The notes under the pieces are model-generated. The model worked only from the letters and a program-made list of their open reading frames with translations. It ran no database searches and had not been told where the DNA came from. The position numbers and the translations under genes were made by a program. From assembly GCA_963733035.1 (NCBI GenBank), contig CAVTBU010000005.1:288001-352000 (forward strand): a stretch of DNA of 64,000 nt, given 5' to 3'. Numbering within the stretch: the stretch's first letter is position 1; each line of letters opens with the position of its first letter. Below, in pieces: positions 1-10,785 of the stretch. This DNA comes from Pirellulales bacterium (lineage in GTDB: Bacteria > Planctomycetota > Planctomycetia > Pirellulales > PALSA-1355).

Positions 1-564
1 GTCACCATCGGCATTTTTATCAATCCGGGCACGATACCGTCGGAAGTCGAGGGGGGTAAACCGCGCGAGAACCGCAGTTTCGAGTACGATTCGCTCAGCC
101 CGCGGTATGCCGACTTCTTAAAGAAAGAGATTCTGCCCGCGGTCGCCAAGGACTACAAGCTTACCGACAAGCCCGAGGAGCGGGCCATTTGCGGTATCAG
201 TTCCGGCGGCATTTGCGCATGGACGGTCGCTTGGGAACAGCCGGAGATGTTTCAAAAAGTGTTAAGCCACGTGGGCAGCTTCACGAACATTCGCGGCGGG
301 CACGTTTACCCAGCCCTCATCCGCAAGACCGAGCGACAGCCGATTCGCGTCTTCCTACAAGACGGTGACGAAGACCTCGACAACGCGCACGGCAATTGGC
401 CGCTCGCAAATCAGCAAATGGCCGCAGCGCTGAAATTTGCCGGCTATGACTACGTGTTTGAGTACGGCCACGGCGGGCACAACGGCAAGCACGGCGGAGC
501 GATTCTACCTGATTCGCTCCGTTGGCTATGGAAAGACGTTGTCTCGGCACGTGCCGAGCAATAG
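1..564 (+). CDS. Esterase family alpha/beta hydrolase (enterochelin esterase-like), 5'-partial
   Basis: Open frame from the window edge. Contains NRSFEYD, the nucleophile motif GISSGG (ggtatcagttccggcggc) and C-terminal GHNGKHGG. Confidence 0.8.
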   Translation, partial: VTIGIFINPGTIPSEVEGGKPRENRSFEYDSLSPRYADFLKKEILPAVAKDYKLTDKPEERAICGISSGGICAWTVAWEQPEMFQKVLSHVGSFTNIRGGHVYPALIRKTERQPIRVFLQDGDEDLDNAHGNWPLANQQMAAALKFAGYDYVFEYGHGGHNGKHGGAILPDSLRWLWKDVVSARAEQ

Positions 565-568
565 CCAA

Positions 569-1318
569 CTATTTGCCGGTGTATCGTCGGCGCCAGACCA
601 GTGCCGCGGCAATGCCCGAGAGAGCCAGTACAAACACAGACGGCTCGGGAACAATGATGCTCGGCGTGCCGTTGAACTGGGGCTCGCTCAGGCTGGTGCC
701 GTAGAGAAACCGCGCGGCTGTGATCAGGGCGTCCGGCTCGCCACTAAAACCAGCCAATGTGAAGACCACAGAGTTCTTAATCAAATTCTGTCCGCTGACG
801 CCACCGTTGCCGGTTGAAAGATCGTCGCCGGCGCTGGTGATGCCATACTGAAGTCCGTCTGGACTGGCAGGGCCCTGCAGATTGTCTCCGGGGAACAGAT
901 TTCCGGAGCCAAAGTCGCTGAGTCCGGTTGACGAAATCCCTTCGTTGAATCCAGCCGGATTGCTGATGCCGTTGGCGTACGCCCATTCGCCACCGACGAC
1001 GCCGCCCGATGGTGTCACGTCGCTGCCGCTGCCGCCGACCAGAACGGAATTGCCGGCCGGTACAAGCGCCGAAACGCGGGTCAGCGCGGGATCGCCATCC
1101 ACCTGGAAAAAAACAGCCGTGAGAACGTCCGTGGGTACCAAAACATCAGCTAGCGAAGTGTTGGTGAGTTCAACCAGCAGGTCGCTACCAGACCGTGTGA
1201 ACTCCACGGAAGCGGAACGACTACCGCTCGTGAATGCGAAAGAAATCGAGCCTGCCAAAGCGGGTTGGGCAAACAGCAGAGTGCCCCACAGCAGGGCGCA
1301 TGCAGTTTTCAGGAGCAT
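569..1318 (-). CDS. PEP-CTERM exosortase-sorted surface protein (S/T/G-rich)
   Basis: N-terminal signal peptide. C-terminus VPEP + hydrophobic helix + WRRR. Confidence 0.9.
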   Translation of the reverse strand: MLLKTACALLWGTLLFAQPALAGSISFAFTSGSRSASVEFTRSGSDLLVELTNTSLADVLVPTDVLTAVFFQVDGDPALTRVSALVPAGNSVLVGGSGSDVTPSGGVVGGEWAYANGISNPAGFNEGISSTGLSDFGSGNLFPGDNLQGPASPDGLQYGITSAGDDLSTGNGGVSGQNLIKNSVVFTLAGFSGEPDALITAARFLYGTSLSEPQFNGTPSIIVPEPSVFVLALSGIAAALVWRRRYTGK

Positions 1319-1690
1319 CTGGTCTTCAGGGGTGCAAAATCAGTGGGGGGTGGCGACGCTCAGGTTGGTCCGCCCTCGCCAAAATCTGTGCGTTTCGGCC
1401 CATATTAATTGGCCATGCCCATCTGTCAACGCGTACGCAGGAAAATCTGCATACTGCGGTTGTGCGCAATTCTCGCCGCCGTTGGCAGTATCGCAGTTCG
1501 ACGTAGAGTTTGGGCGATTTAGCGAATGGGGGACATGAGCTACTGGCGCCAGATTACACAATCGTAACGGCACGCGATGGCATCACGCGCACGCAGCTAG
1601 GTGCACAGTTCCAAGTGGGCGTCGCCCCAAAGTGGTGTTCACGCTCCAAGCCCTTGCGAGAGTGTGAGTTTCGCATTACGCTTGCCGTCC

Positions 1691-3046
1691 ATGCAGCAAC
1701 GTAAGTCCCAGGCAATTCCCGATTCCGCCGTCCGACCAGCCCGCTCCTGGTACCCTTGGGCGGTGGTCGGGATGCTGTGGTTCATTTGCTTTTTCAACTA
1801 TGCTGATCGTCAGGCCATCGCGGCGGTTTTGCCGGTGCTGGGCGACGAATTCGACTTTTCGAAAACCGAGCAGGGACTGATTGCCTCGGCCTTCATGTGG
1901 GTTTATGCGCTCTCGGCACCCATGGCGGGCGGCGTCGGCGACCGCACCTCGCGCAAGCTGTTGATCCTCGGCGGTTTGTACGTCTGGAGCATTGTCACGG
2001 GTTTCACCGCTGCCTGTGGCAAACTCTGGCAATTCGTGTTCGTGCGTGGGGCCGAAGGACTGGGCGAGACATTCTATTTTCCCGCGTCCATGTCGTTGGT
2101 CAGCGACTACCACTCCAAACGTACGCGCAGCCGAGCCATGAGCTTGCACCAAACGAGCGTCTATGCTGGCACGGTCGGTGGTGCCTGGTTTGCCGGTTGG
2201 ATGACCATGGTGAGCGGCGACTGGCGATGGTCCTTTGTCGCCCTGGGTGGCGCGGGTGTGGTGCTGGGGCTGGTGCTGATGTTCTTCATTCGCGAACCCG
2301 AGCGAAACGAAGCCGAGCGCCGCGAAGCAGGTGAACTCGATACGGGGCATCCCACCGCCAGCGCGTCTTCGACGCAAAAAAGCGGTTTTCTGACCGGTGC
2401 GCTGGCCACATTTGGCGACGTGATGAAATTCGGATGGGAACTCTTACAGAATCCGGCCGCGCTGTTGCTCGTGGCTGCTTTCTGCGGGGCGAATTTCGTG
2501 GCGTTCGTTTTTATCACTTGGATGCCTACCTTTCTGCGTGAGGAATATCAATTGAATTTGGCCGCGGCGGGTTTTGCGGCCACTGTGTATATGCAGGTGG
2601 CTAGCATGGTAGGTTCGATCGTCGGCGGGTTCTTGGCCGACCGCTGGGGGCAGTATCGCGCCGGTGGCCGAAGTCTCGTGCAGGCTTTGGGAATCGCGAT
2701 CGGGGCGCCGTTCATCTATTGGGTCGGCGTCGCGCCGGAACTCAACACGGTGCTCGTGGCCATGACCTGCTTCGGCTTTGCCAAGGGGATTTACGACTCA
2801 AACATCTGGGCGTCGCTCTACGACGTCGTGCCCGCCGAAAGCCGCGGCAAGGCCGTGGGTTTTACGAACATGATCGGCTGGATCGGCGCTGGCGTCGGCG
2901 CCACGGCTTTCGGAGCCGTCGTCGACCGCGGCTACACGATGAGCCAAACTCTCGCTTCAACCGTGGTGATCTACATCGGCATCGCTGGCTTGTTGGTGCT
3001 TGCCTCACTGTTGGCGGCGCGTCGCGCAGCTCCTCTGGGGACGTAG
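1691..3046 (+). CDS. MFS transporter (sugar/organic acid, ACS/spinster-like)
   Basis: FNYADRQ motif, GGVGDRTSRK and GGFLADRWG motif-A repeats, ~12 hydrophobic segments. ATG 1691 chosen as start. Confidence 0.85.
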   Translation: MQQRKSQAIPDSAVRPARSWYPWAVVGMLWFICFFNYADRQAIAAVLPVLGDEFDFSKTEQGLIASAFMWVYALSAPMAGGVGDRTSRKLLILGGLYVWSIVTGFTAACGKLWQFVFVRGAEGLGETFYFPASMSLVSDYHSKRTRSRAMSLHQTSVYAGTVGGAWFAGWMTMVSGDWRWSFVALGGAGVVLGLVLMFFIREPERNEAERREAGELDTGHPTASASSTQKSGFLTGALATFGDVMKFGWELLQNPAALLLVAAFCGANFVAFVFITWMPTFLREEYQLNLAAAGFAATVYMQVASMVGSIVGGFLADRWGQYRAGGRSLVQALGIAIGAPFIYWVGVAPELNTVLVAMTCFGFAKGIYDSNIWASLYDVVPAESRGKAVGFTNMIGWIGAGVGATAFGAVVDRGYTMSQTLASTVVIYIGIAGLLVLASLLAARRAAPLGT

Positions 3047-3066
3047 TCGACTTTCCACGCGCGCAC

Positions 3067-6000
3067 TCACCGGAAATCGCGAGACTGCGAGCGCAGCCCT
3101 CGTAAACGCTCGGATAGATCTTCCAGCTTCGTCACCAGCACGTGGATTACCTGCCCTTGCCGCTGCAGTCGGCCGTGGGCCACGAAAGTCGAAGCCGTGC
3201 GTGCTACGCGATAGAACTTCTGCCACACGTCCTGGCGAATGATAAGGTTTGCCGTGCCGGTTTCGTCTTCGAGCGTAACGAACGTGATGCCCTTGGCCGT
3301 GCTGGGCCGCTGCCGCATCAGCACGATGCCCGCCACGCGGACGTGATGGTTTTCTGGATGCGTTGCCAACCGCTCCGACGGCAGGATGCCCCAAGCATCG
3401 AGTTCTTCGCGCACAAACTGCATTGGATGGGCCTTGAGCGAGAGACCGGCCGTGCGATAGTCGGCGAGTACTTCCTCCTCCATCTCCAATTCCGGCAGCT
3501 GCACGGCCGGCTCGTCTTCGTTCGCTAGCGCTCCAAACAACGGCATCTCGCGCGGCTTCTTTTCCTGCGACAATGCCTGCCAGAGTGCTCCGCGGCGATT
3601 CAGCTGCAGCGAGACAAACGCATCGGCCTCCGCCAGTCGGGATGCCACGGCCCGGCTCAACCGCGTGCGACGCGCGAAATCGTCCCAACCGAGAAAAGGC
3701 CCGATTGCCCGCGCTGCCTCAATCGCTCGGGCATGAGTCTCCGACAGCCCGTTGACAAACCGCAGCCCCAGCCGCAATGCCCCATCCTCGAGCGTCGAAT
3801 CCCAACCACTGGCATTCACATCCACGGGCCGCACTTCGACGCCGTGCTCCTGGGCGTTGCGCACGAGTTGGGACGGTGCGTAAAAACCCATCGGCTGGCT
3901 GTTCAAAACCGCGGCGCAGAAGGCAGCCGGGTAATAGTGTTTCAGCCACGCCGACACGTAGACCAATAGCGCAAAGCTGGCCGCGTGCGATTCGGGAAAG
4001 CCGTATTCGCCGAACCCGCTGATCTGGCGAAATACGGCCTCGGTAAACTTGAGGGTCAGGCCGCGACGTTGCATGCCGTCGAGCAACTTCTGGCGAAACT
4101 GCTCGATGATACCCGGTCTTCGCCAGGCTCCCATCGCGCGGCGCAGTTGATCGGCCTCGCCGGGCGTGAACCCGGCCGCAACCACGGCCAACGACATCGC
4201 CTGCTCCTGAAACAGGGGCACGCCAAGCGTTCGCTTGAGCACCTCGCGAATCGCCTCGTTGGGATAGGCAACTTCCTCCTCGCCCAACCGCCGGCGCAAA
4301 TAAGGGTGCACCATATCTCCCTGAATCGGACCGGGTCGCACGATCGCCACTTCGATGACCAGATCGTAAAACGTCCGGGGCCGCAAGCGCGGCAGCATGC
4401 TCATTTGGGCCCGGCTTTCGATTTGAAACACGCCCATCGTATCGGCCCGGCCGATCATGTCGTACACGGCCTCGTCCCCTTCGGGAATCGCTGCTAGCGA
4501 AAGCTCGCGGCCGGTGTGCTGCTCGACCAGTGCAAAGCACTTACGAATCGCCGTCAGCATGCCCAGCGACAGACAATCGACCTTCAGGATGCCGAGCTCA
4601 TCGAGATCGTCCTTGTCCCACTCGATTACCGTGCGGTCTTCCATGGCCGCGTTTTCGATCGGCACCAGTTCGCAGAGCGGTCCCTGAGTCATCACCATGC
4701 CGCCGACGTGCTGTCCCAAATGCCGCGGGAAACCAACCAGTTCGCCCACCAGGTTCACCAACCGCCGGCCCAGAAACGAATCGGGATCGATGCCCACGTC
4801 GCGGCAGCGCACGGGCAGCGCCTGGTCCAGATGGTGCCCTTCCAAACTCTTGGCCAATGCATCAACTCGATCAAGCGACAGGCCGAGTGCCTTGCCCACG
4901 TCGCGCACGGCCGAGCGCGGTCGGTAGGTAATCACTTCGGCGGTCATGCCGGCTCGCTCGCGGCCATACTTGTCGTACAAATATTGCAACACCTCTTCGC
5001 GCCGCTCGTGTTCGAAATCGATGTCGATGTCGGGAGCCTCGTTCCGCTCGCGGCTGAGAAACCGCTCGAACAGCACGTCCAGCCGCCCCGGATCGACAGC
5101 CGTGACTCCCAGACAAAAACAAACCGCCGAGTTGGCCGCACTGCCGCGGCCCTGGCATAAGATGCCACGCCCGCGGGCGAATCGCACCAGGTCGTACACG
5201 GTCAGAAAATACGCCTCGTAGCGAAGATCCGCAATCAAGGCCAGCTCGTGCTCCACGAGCGAGCACACCTTGTCGGGAACGCCCTGTGGATAGCGCTCGC
5301 GGCGCCGGCCCAGGTCAAGCGGGTTAAATATTGCAGCGGTGTTTCGCCCGGCGGTGCCAATTCCTCGGGATACTCGTAACGCAACTCGTCCAGCGAGAAC
5401 GTCGACCGCTCGGCAATTTCCAGCGTGCGGGCGATGGCCGCCGGTGCCGCGGCAAAACGTTCGGCCATTTCCGCGGGCGACTTCAAATAACGCTCGGCGT
5501 TGGCGAACAACCGATCTCCGGCTTCGGCCACGGTCATCCCCAGGCGAACCGCCGTGAGCGTGTCCTGCAAACCGAGCCGCCCGCGGGTGTGATAGTGGAC
5601 ATCACCTGCCGCCACCAGTGGCAATCGCGAGCGCCGTGAAAGATCGACCAACCGCGCAATCACCGTTCCGTCATCTGCTCCTCTCGTCAGTTCCGCCGTT
5701 AGATAACCACGATCGGCGAACAGTTCGCGATACCGGCCGAGCGTGCGAAGTACACCGCGCCCAGTCGCTGCGCCACGGACATCGCCGGGTAGCACGCCGC
5801 ACAACAAGCCTTCGGCATGTTGTGCAAGCTCGTCGAATGAAAGCCGGAATTCTCCTTTGGGGGCTTGCCGGCGACCGCGTGTGATCAACCGCGCCAACCG
5901 ACCGTACGAGGCTCGATCGGTCGTCCAAAGCAGCACCGGTGGAGCATCGAGCAAATGGATCTCGGCACCGATGATGAGCCGCAGTTGCAAATCCTTCGCC

Positions 6001-6164
6001 GCCCCGTGCGCCCGCACTACGCCGGCCAGCGAGTTGCGATCCGTCACCGCCAGCGCAACCAGCCCCAATTCCGCCGCCCGCAGCGCCAGTTCATCCGGAT
6101 GCGAAGCCCCTTCCAGAAATGAAAAGTTCGTTTTGCAATGCAACTCGGCATACCGCGGCCCCAA
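3067..6164 (-). CDS. dnaE2: Error-prone DNA polymerase DnaE2 (ImuC), split by a frameshift near 5300; true start may be ATG 6229 across a second shift
   Basis: PHP start YAELHCKTNFSFLEGASHP; GRGSAANS, PDIDIDFE, GFPESHA, NSQPMGFY; C-terminal SRDFR typical of DnaE2; directly follows imuB. Confidence 0.93.
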
Positions 6165-6281
6165 TCGCGAACATGCGCCAGTGGCTCGGCAAGACGCGGG
6201 CGCTTACTGGATAAGGGGGGATCAGGCATGGGAAGAATGGGACAAGGAATTACGAATGGCACGCCGACGAATCTGCAGCAA

Positions 6282-7973
6282 TTACAAAAATTGGCCATGC
6301 AAGAACCACTGGCCGGCGTTTAGTTCTCGGAACAGCCAATACCGCTGGCCGCTTTCTGTCTCCACCTGGTAGTAGTCGCGGCGAATGCATTGGCCGCGCC
6401 ACCAGCCAGTTTCGATTCGCTCGGGGCCCCAGTGATGTACGATGCGATGGTCCGCGCCGGCGTGACAAAATTTCACCGGCGGGCCGTCGGGTACAACGGA
6501 AATCACGTCCAGCGTTTCGGGCTCCGGCCGAAGGCTCAGCGGCCGATCGCCCGGCTGCAGCGATGAGCGAGAGCCATCGGGGCCTGAGGATGCCACGCGG
6601 CGTTTGGCATGGCGGGTCTTCAAACTTGCCACGGGCTTGTACTGGCAGGCGAACTCCGGCTGCGCGCCGGAAAGCAGCCATGGCCGCACCACGGCATGCG
6701 CTCCCAGGCGATTGCTTAACCGGTCGACCAGCGCCGCCAGCTCGCGCGGCGACTCGCGATTTTCGTTCCCCAACTCGGCGAAAAATTCCTGCTGCTGAAA
6801 CTCCAGGGCATCCAGCGCCAGCACTTCGAAGCGAATCGCCACCAGTGGCTCACGAAACCGCACCCCATCGAGCTTCAATCGCACCAGTTCGCCCACGTGT
6901 CGCTCGGACGCGCTCGGTCGATACAGGCCGATGACAAATTCCAGGGCACTGTCCTGCTCGGGGACGAAACGGCAAGCCAAGCGTAACACTCCCCGCCGCT
7001 CGCGGGCCAATGCCTGGCAAACCCGCGCGACGAGTTGCTCGACCACCCACTCGATCATCTCGCGGCGGCCGGTGGGATGCTCGAGCAACCACTCGAACGT
7101 CCACTCTGGCGGCACGTCTCGGGCCACGATCGCTTCGGCCGCTGCCCCCAGGACCTGATCGAGCCGCAGCAGCACCAGCGGACCGAACCGCGCCAGCAGC
7201 GTCTCACGCGGCAGTGCCGCCAATTGTTCGATGCGTTTGATTCCCAGCTCTCCGAACAAGAAGCACGTCTCGGCCGGCAATCGCAGCGCCGCCGGCGGCA
7301 GCGGCGCGAGTGCCGACGCGGTTTCTTCCGCCGGCACCAACAGCGGCTGGCCAAGCGCCCTCAAGATCGACGCCGCATCGAGCGCCGCCCTCGCATCTGC
7401 CAGCGGCGTAAAATGCGTCGCGGCCCAGGCGGCCCCAAGCGTATCGGCCAGTGCCACGCGAGCCACCAATCGGCGGCGGCGAAAATCCGTCACGATTCGC
7501 CGGGCAAGCGCCGGCTCACCCCCGCAAAGCGGCCCTAATCCCGTGACGTCCAGCAGCAAGCTATCCGCCGGTGCCGTGTCCTCAATGCCAGCCGCTTCGA
7601 TGCCGACCGTGGGAGCAAACCGCTGGCAATCGTCGGCCAGCGCCTCGAGCGCCAAACGATCAGCCACTGGATCAGCCATCTCCAGGTGGAGTTGTTCGCA
7701 ATGGCCGGCAGCCGTTGGCTGGTCCGTGGCGATTCGCAGCGCCAGGGCAGTCGCTTCGGCCAACGGCATCCCCGGTCGAATGCCGCCTGCACTCCGTGGA
7801 TCCCAATTGCTGGCAGCCGCCTGATCCAATCGCTGGCAATAAGCCGTGACTTTCGCCCCGCCAGACGCGTGCAACTCGTAGAGCACAACGGCCCGCCGAC
7901 TAAGCTCGGCGCGAGCGGCGGCGAGTCGTTGCAGCGGCCATTGAGGGAGCCAGATGCAGAGAGCCCGTTTCAT
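6282..7973 (-). CDS. imuB: ImuB, inactive Y-family polymerase-like protein
   Basis: MKRALCIWLPQWPLQRL start, GIRPGMPLAEA, C-terminal GPERIETGWW...RDYY...WFLHG. Confidence 0.92.
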   Translation of the reverse strand: MKRALCIWLPQWPLQRLAAARAELSRRAVVLYELHASGGAKVTAYCQRLDQAAASNWDPRSAGGIRPGMPLAEATALALRIATDQPTAAGHCEQLHLEMADPVADRLALEALADDCQRFAPTVGIEAAGIEDTAPADSLLLDVTGLGPLCGGEPALARRIVTDFRRRRLVARVALADTLGAAWAATHFTPLADARAALDAASILRALGQPLLVPAEETASALAPLPPAALRLPAETCFLFGELGIKRIEQLAALPRETLLARFGPLVLLRLDQVLGAAAEAIVARDVPPEWTFEWLLEHPTGRREMIEWVVEQLVARVCQALARERRGVLRLACRFVPEQDSALEFVIGLYRPSASERHVGELVRLKLDGVRFREPLVAIRFEVLALDALEFQQQEFFAELGNENRESPRELAALVDRLSNRLGAHAVVRPWLLSGAQPEFACQYKPVASLKTRHAKRRVASSGPDGSRSSLQPGDRPLSLRPEPETLDVISVVPDGPPVKFCHAGADHRIVHHWGPERIETGWWRGQCIRRDYYQVETESGQRYWLFRELNAGQWFLHGQFL

Positions 7974-8700
7974 GATGCTTACCTCGCCAGCTATGCAAAC
8001 CGTGCCACGCTCTCGGTTCGGGAAGCTCCAGTTCGATCGCGCGGCCAGTTTGCCCCATGCGCGAGCGCAGCAGCTCCACCCGTAGCCGCCGCGTGCGGAT
8101 CGACTGGGTCGCCGGGCGCCGAAGCGGCTCGACCCCCAGTCGCAACTCGGCCCAGGAAGGCTCAGCCCGGGCCTCCGGTCCGCGCAACAAAAAACCCAAC
8201 ACGCCGCTGCCTTCGGCGGCCAACTGCCAACGGCGGAACGCATGATCATCGGCCCGCTCGACCGCACACCAGACGACCGCCACGCCGCGCGAGCGAAGCA
8301 CCTGGTCGAGTGCCCAATCCTGATCGGCGTCGCTGCCGGGCCGCACCACGATCAGTTGTTCGAGCCGAATGCCCAGACCAATCGCGGCCGGAGGGTAAAA
8401 CCGCCGTGTTCGATCGATCACCACCAGCGATCCCCCGACACTCAGTGCTTCGCATGCCGCCAATAGTGCGAGGGTACCCGCCCCGCTGGCGTCGCCCCTT
8501 CCTAGCCATTCCACCAGGGTTCCCCGGCGAAAGCCTCCCTCGGACAGCAACGCATCGAGTTCCGCCTGCCCACTGGAAATCACTTCGCCCGAACCCACAC
8601 TCCAGCGTGTCCCTTCGATCTGGCGCATGCGCTCAGCCAGCGATTCGAGGACGGCGGCCCGCTGTGGGCTAGAAAGATCGCACTGGTGGAGTTGAGTCAT
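7900..8700 (-). CDS. imuA: ImuA, RecA/SulA-like mutagenesis protein
   Basis: ISSGQAELDALL..GGFRRGTLVEW, FYPPAA, RRWQLAAE; AAGGA SD upstream of ATG 8700; first gene of the cassette. Confidence 0.88.
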   Translation of the reverse strand: MTQLHQCDLSSPQRAAVLESLAERMRQIEGTRWSVGSGEVISSGQAELDALLSEGGFRRGTLVEWLGRGDASGAGTLALLAACEALSVGGSLVVIDRTRRFYPPAAIGLGIRLEQLIVVRPGSDADQDWALDQVLRSRGVAVVWCAVERADDHAFRRWQLAAEGSGVLGFLLRGPEARAEPSWAELRLGVEPLRRPATQSIRTRRLRVELLRSRMGQTGRAIELELPEPRAWHGLHSWRGKHHETGSLHLAPSMAAATTRRRSRRA

Positions 8701-8721
8701 CGCAGGTTCCTTGCTACCATA

Positions 8722-8751
8722 AGTGTACATATGTATCCTTATCGGCGGCAA
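8722..8751 (-). promoter_or_regulatory. Putative imuA promoter (TTGCCG-N18-TACACT) overlapped by a palindromic operator TGTAC-ATAT-GTATC
   Basis: Perfect 10-bp palindrome TACATATGTA at 8726-8735 overlapping the -10 box, ~25 nt upstream of imuA. Confidence 0.55.
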
Positions 8752-8888
8752 GGCGAACAAAAATAACTTTCCCACGTTAGAGCCATTAAAAATGGCCGCC
8801 GAGGGAAAAAGAGGCGCAATTTAGGAGCAGAAATGGGCAATCGCCGTGCTAGCAAAGCGACTTGCCGCCCGCCCCAGAGACAGGGGCC

Positions 8889-10753
8889 TCAACGCTTGTC
8901 GGACAACGCCTGGCGACGCTCATGAGCCCGGCGGATCAAGGGCGACTCGCGGGCCTTGCGGGCCGCCGTGTAGGCCGTATCGGCCAGTGTGCCGGCCAGT
9001 TCCATGCGACCGGCCTGCTCAGCCTGATCTGAAAGTGCCAGCGCTGCCGATGCGGCCTTTGCTGCCGAGTCCGTGCTCACCAGACCGGCAATCGAAGCCC
9101 CCAGTGCCTCGCTCTTGAGTTCCAACAGATCGACTGCAAACGTTTTATCTAGCGCGTCGATGGCGGCCAGCGCCGTCACAGGATCACCACCCGAAATGGC
9201 CCATTCGCGAGCTTCGTCGAGGGCCGCATACTGCTCGCTGAGTCCTTTGGCACTCCGAGCCGTCTTGAGTATTTGGGACGCCAAGCGCGCCTTCTGCCGC
9301 CCCGACTTGGCAGCCAGGATCGCATCGGCAAACTGTCCCTGAATCTTGTCGCGCGCAGCGTCGACCAGAGCGGCGGGGGGCACTTTTTGGCGGTGCTCGC
9401 TCAGCGGCGGACCGTCCAACAGCGGCAAGAGCGCGCCGACTTCCATGCCAGCCGCCTTGGCCTGTTGCCACAGCGCTCGCGCGCGTGCCCGATCACCGGC
9501 CGGATCGACGGCCTGAAAGGCTCCGTAAAACACCTGAGCCTGAGGGGCGCGCTCATCGGCGCTGGCGTGGGCGAAAAACAGTGCCAAGCCGGCCGGCAGC
9601 GTGGCCACCGTATAATCGCGCCGCTGCCCCTCGATGAACAGCCCCACGCGATCTGGCCCCACTTCGACGATGGCTGCCCGATTGCCGTCCCACTCAATCT
9701 CCTCGGTCGTCTCGTACTTCTGCCAACCGGAACGTACCGCCGCAAAAAACAACCCAAGCTGCTCACTGAGTGCGCAGCGTGGCGACTTCGCCATGTCGAG
9801 ACTCGGCGGGAAGATTCTTTTCCGCCGCGTCGAGTGCCCGGTTTGCCGCGGTCACGTTCCGCGATACCAGCGCGGTGCGTGCTTGTTGTAGCGCGCCCTC
9901 GAACGCAAACTCCCGTTCCATATCAACGGCTGAATCGTTCACCGCGGCAACGCGGGCCGCAGGGGGCTGGTTCGACGACTTGTCGCGAGGCGGAGCGGCA
10001 ACGTCGCTCGGCGGCTGCGCCGCCGGTTGTTTCACCTCGATTGACGTTGATAGTTCGGCCGTCGCGGATGGCTGCGTCGAAGACGCTCTCACAAGAGACC
10101 CTCCCTCGACAACCGCATCGGCCCGCGCGGCGTGGGTCGAACTCTCCGGCTCGACACCTGGCGCCGCGATCGAATTTGCAACCGCCGGTTCGTGCGTGGG
10201 AGCCACCACCGACTGCGCAATCGGGTTGCCTTCGACATTCCACCGCCAATACGCGATACCGGTGAGGATCAGCAACAGTCCGCCGGAAATCCCCAGCGCA
10301 ATCTTCGGGCCGCTGAGCGTCGAAGCCTGCCGCCGACGGGCGAAGTTCATCCGCTGCTCGGTCCGGGCAATTTCTTCCCACGGCTCTTCGCGCGGAATGC
10401 TCGGATGGCGCGTCGGCCGCCACGGGAATCGACTTGGCAACAGGCGATCTCAACTCGGTAGCACTCGCAATGTTGTATTTGAGTCGCAGTTTTTCGTCGT
10501 ACTGCGCCCGGGCTTGCGGATCGAGCAAGCATCGCCGGGCAGCTTCTAGCTGTGCGAGCAAGCGCTGCTGAAGTTCTTCGTGAGCACCCTGCGAAAGTGC
10601 GCTGACGCGGGCGATCGTGAGTTCCGCCGCGGCGGTTATTATCTGTGGGTCGGCGGTGAACACCGGCAGGCCGAACACACGATAGTAATCCGCCCCGGCA
10701 CGCCCACCGTCGATGCCGAGCCACTCGCGATACGGATCAAACGAATTGCCCAC
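8889..10753 (-). CDS. Planctomycete membrane protein with N-terminal J-like domain, broken into three ORFs by two frameshifts (~10410, ~9773)
   Basis: FDPYREWLGI..DYYRVFGL..LLDPQARAQYD N-terminus, one TM segment, Pro/Ala linker, helical C-terminus. Adding 2 nt at each junction gives one ~622-aa ORF. Confidence 0.7.
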
Positions 10754-10785
10754 GGCGGCATTCCCCAGGGCTCAACGGACTATGC

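Noticed and set aside
3067..6164. dnaE2 as a true pseudogene or programmed frameshift
   Set aside because: No slippery heptamer or other decay; the same lesion type occurs in yidC, pointing to sequence error.
8739..8746. GCCGATAA sigma28-like -10 box upstream of imuA
   Set aside because: No TAAA-like -35 element at the expected spacing.
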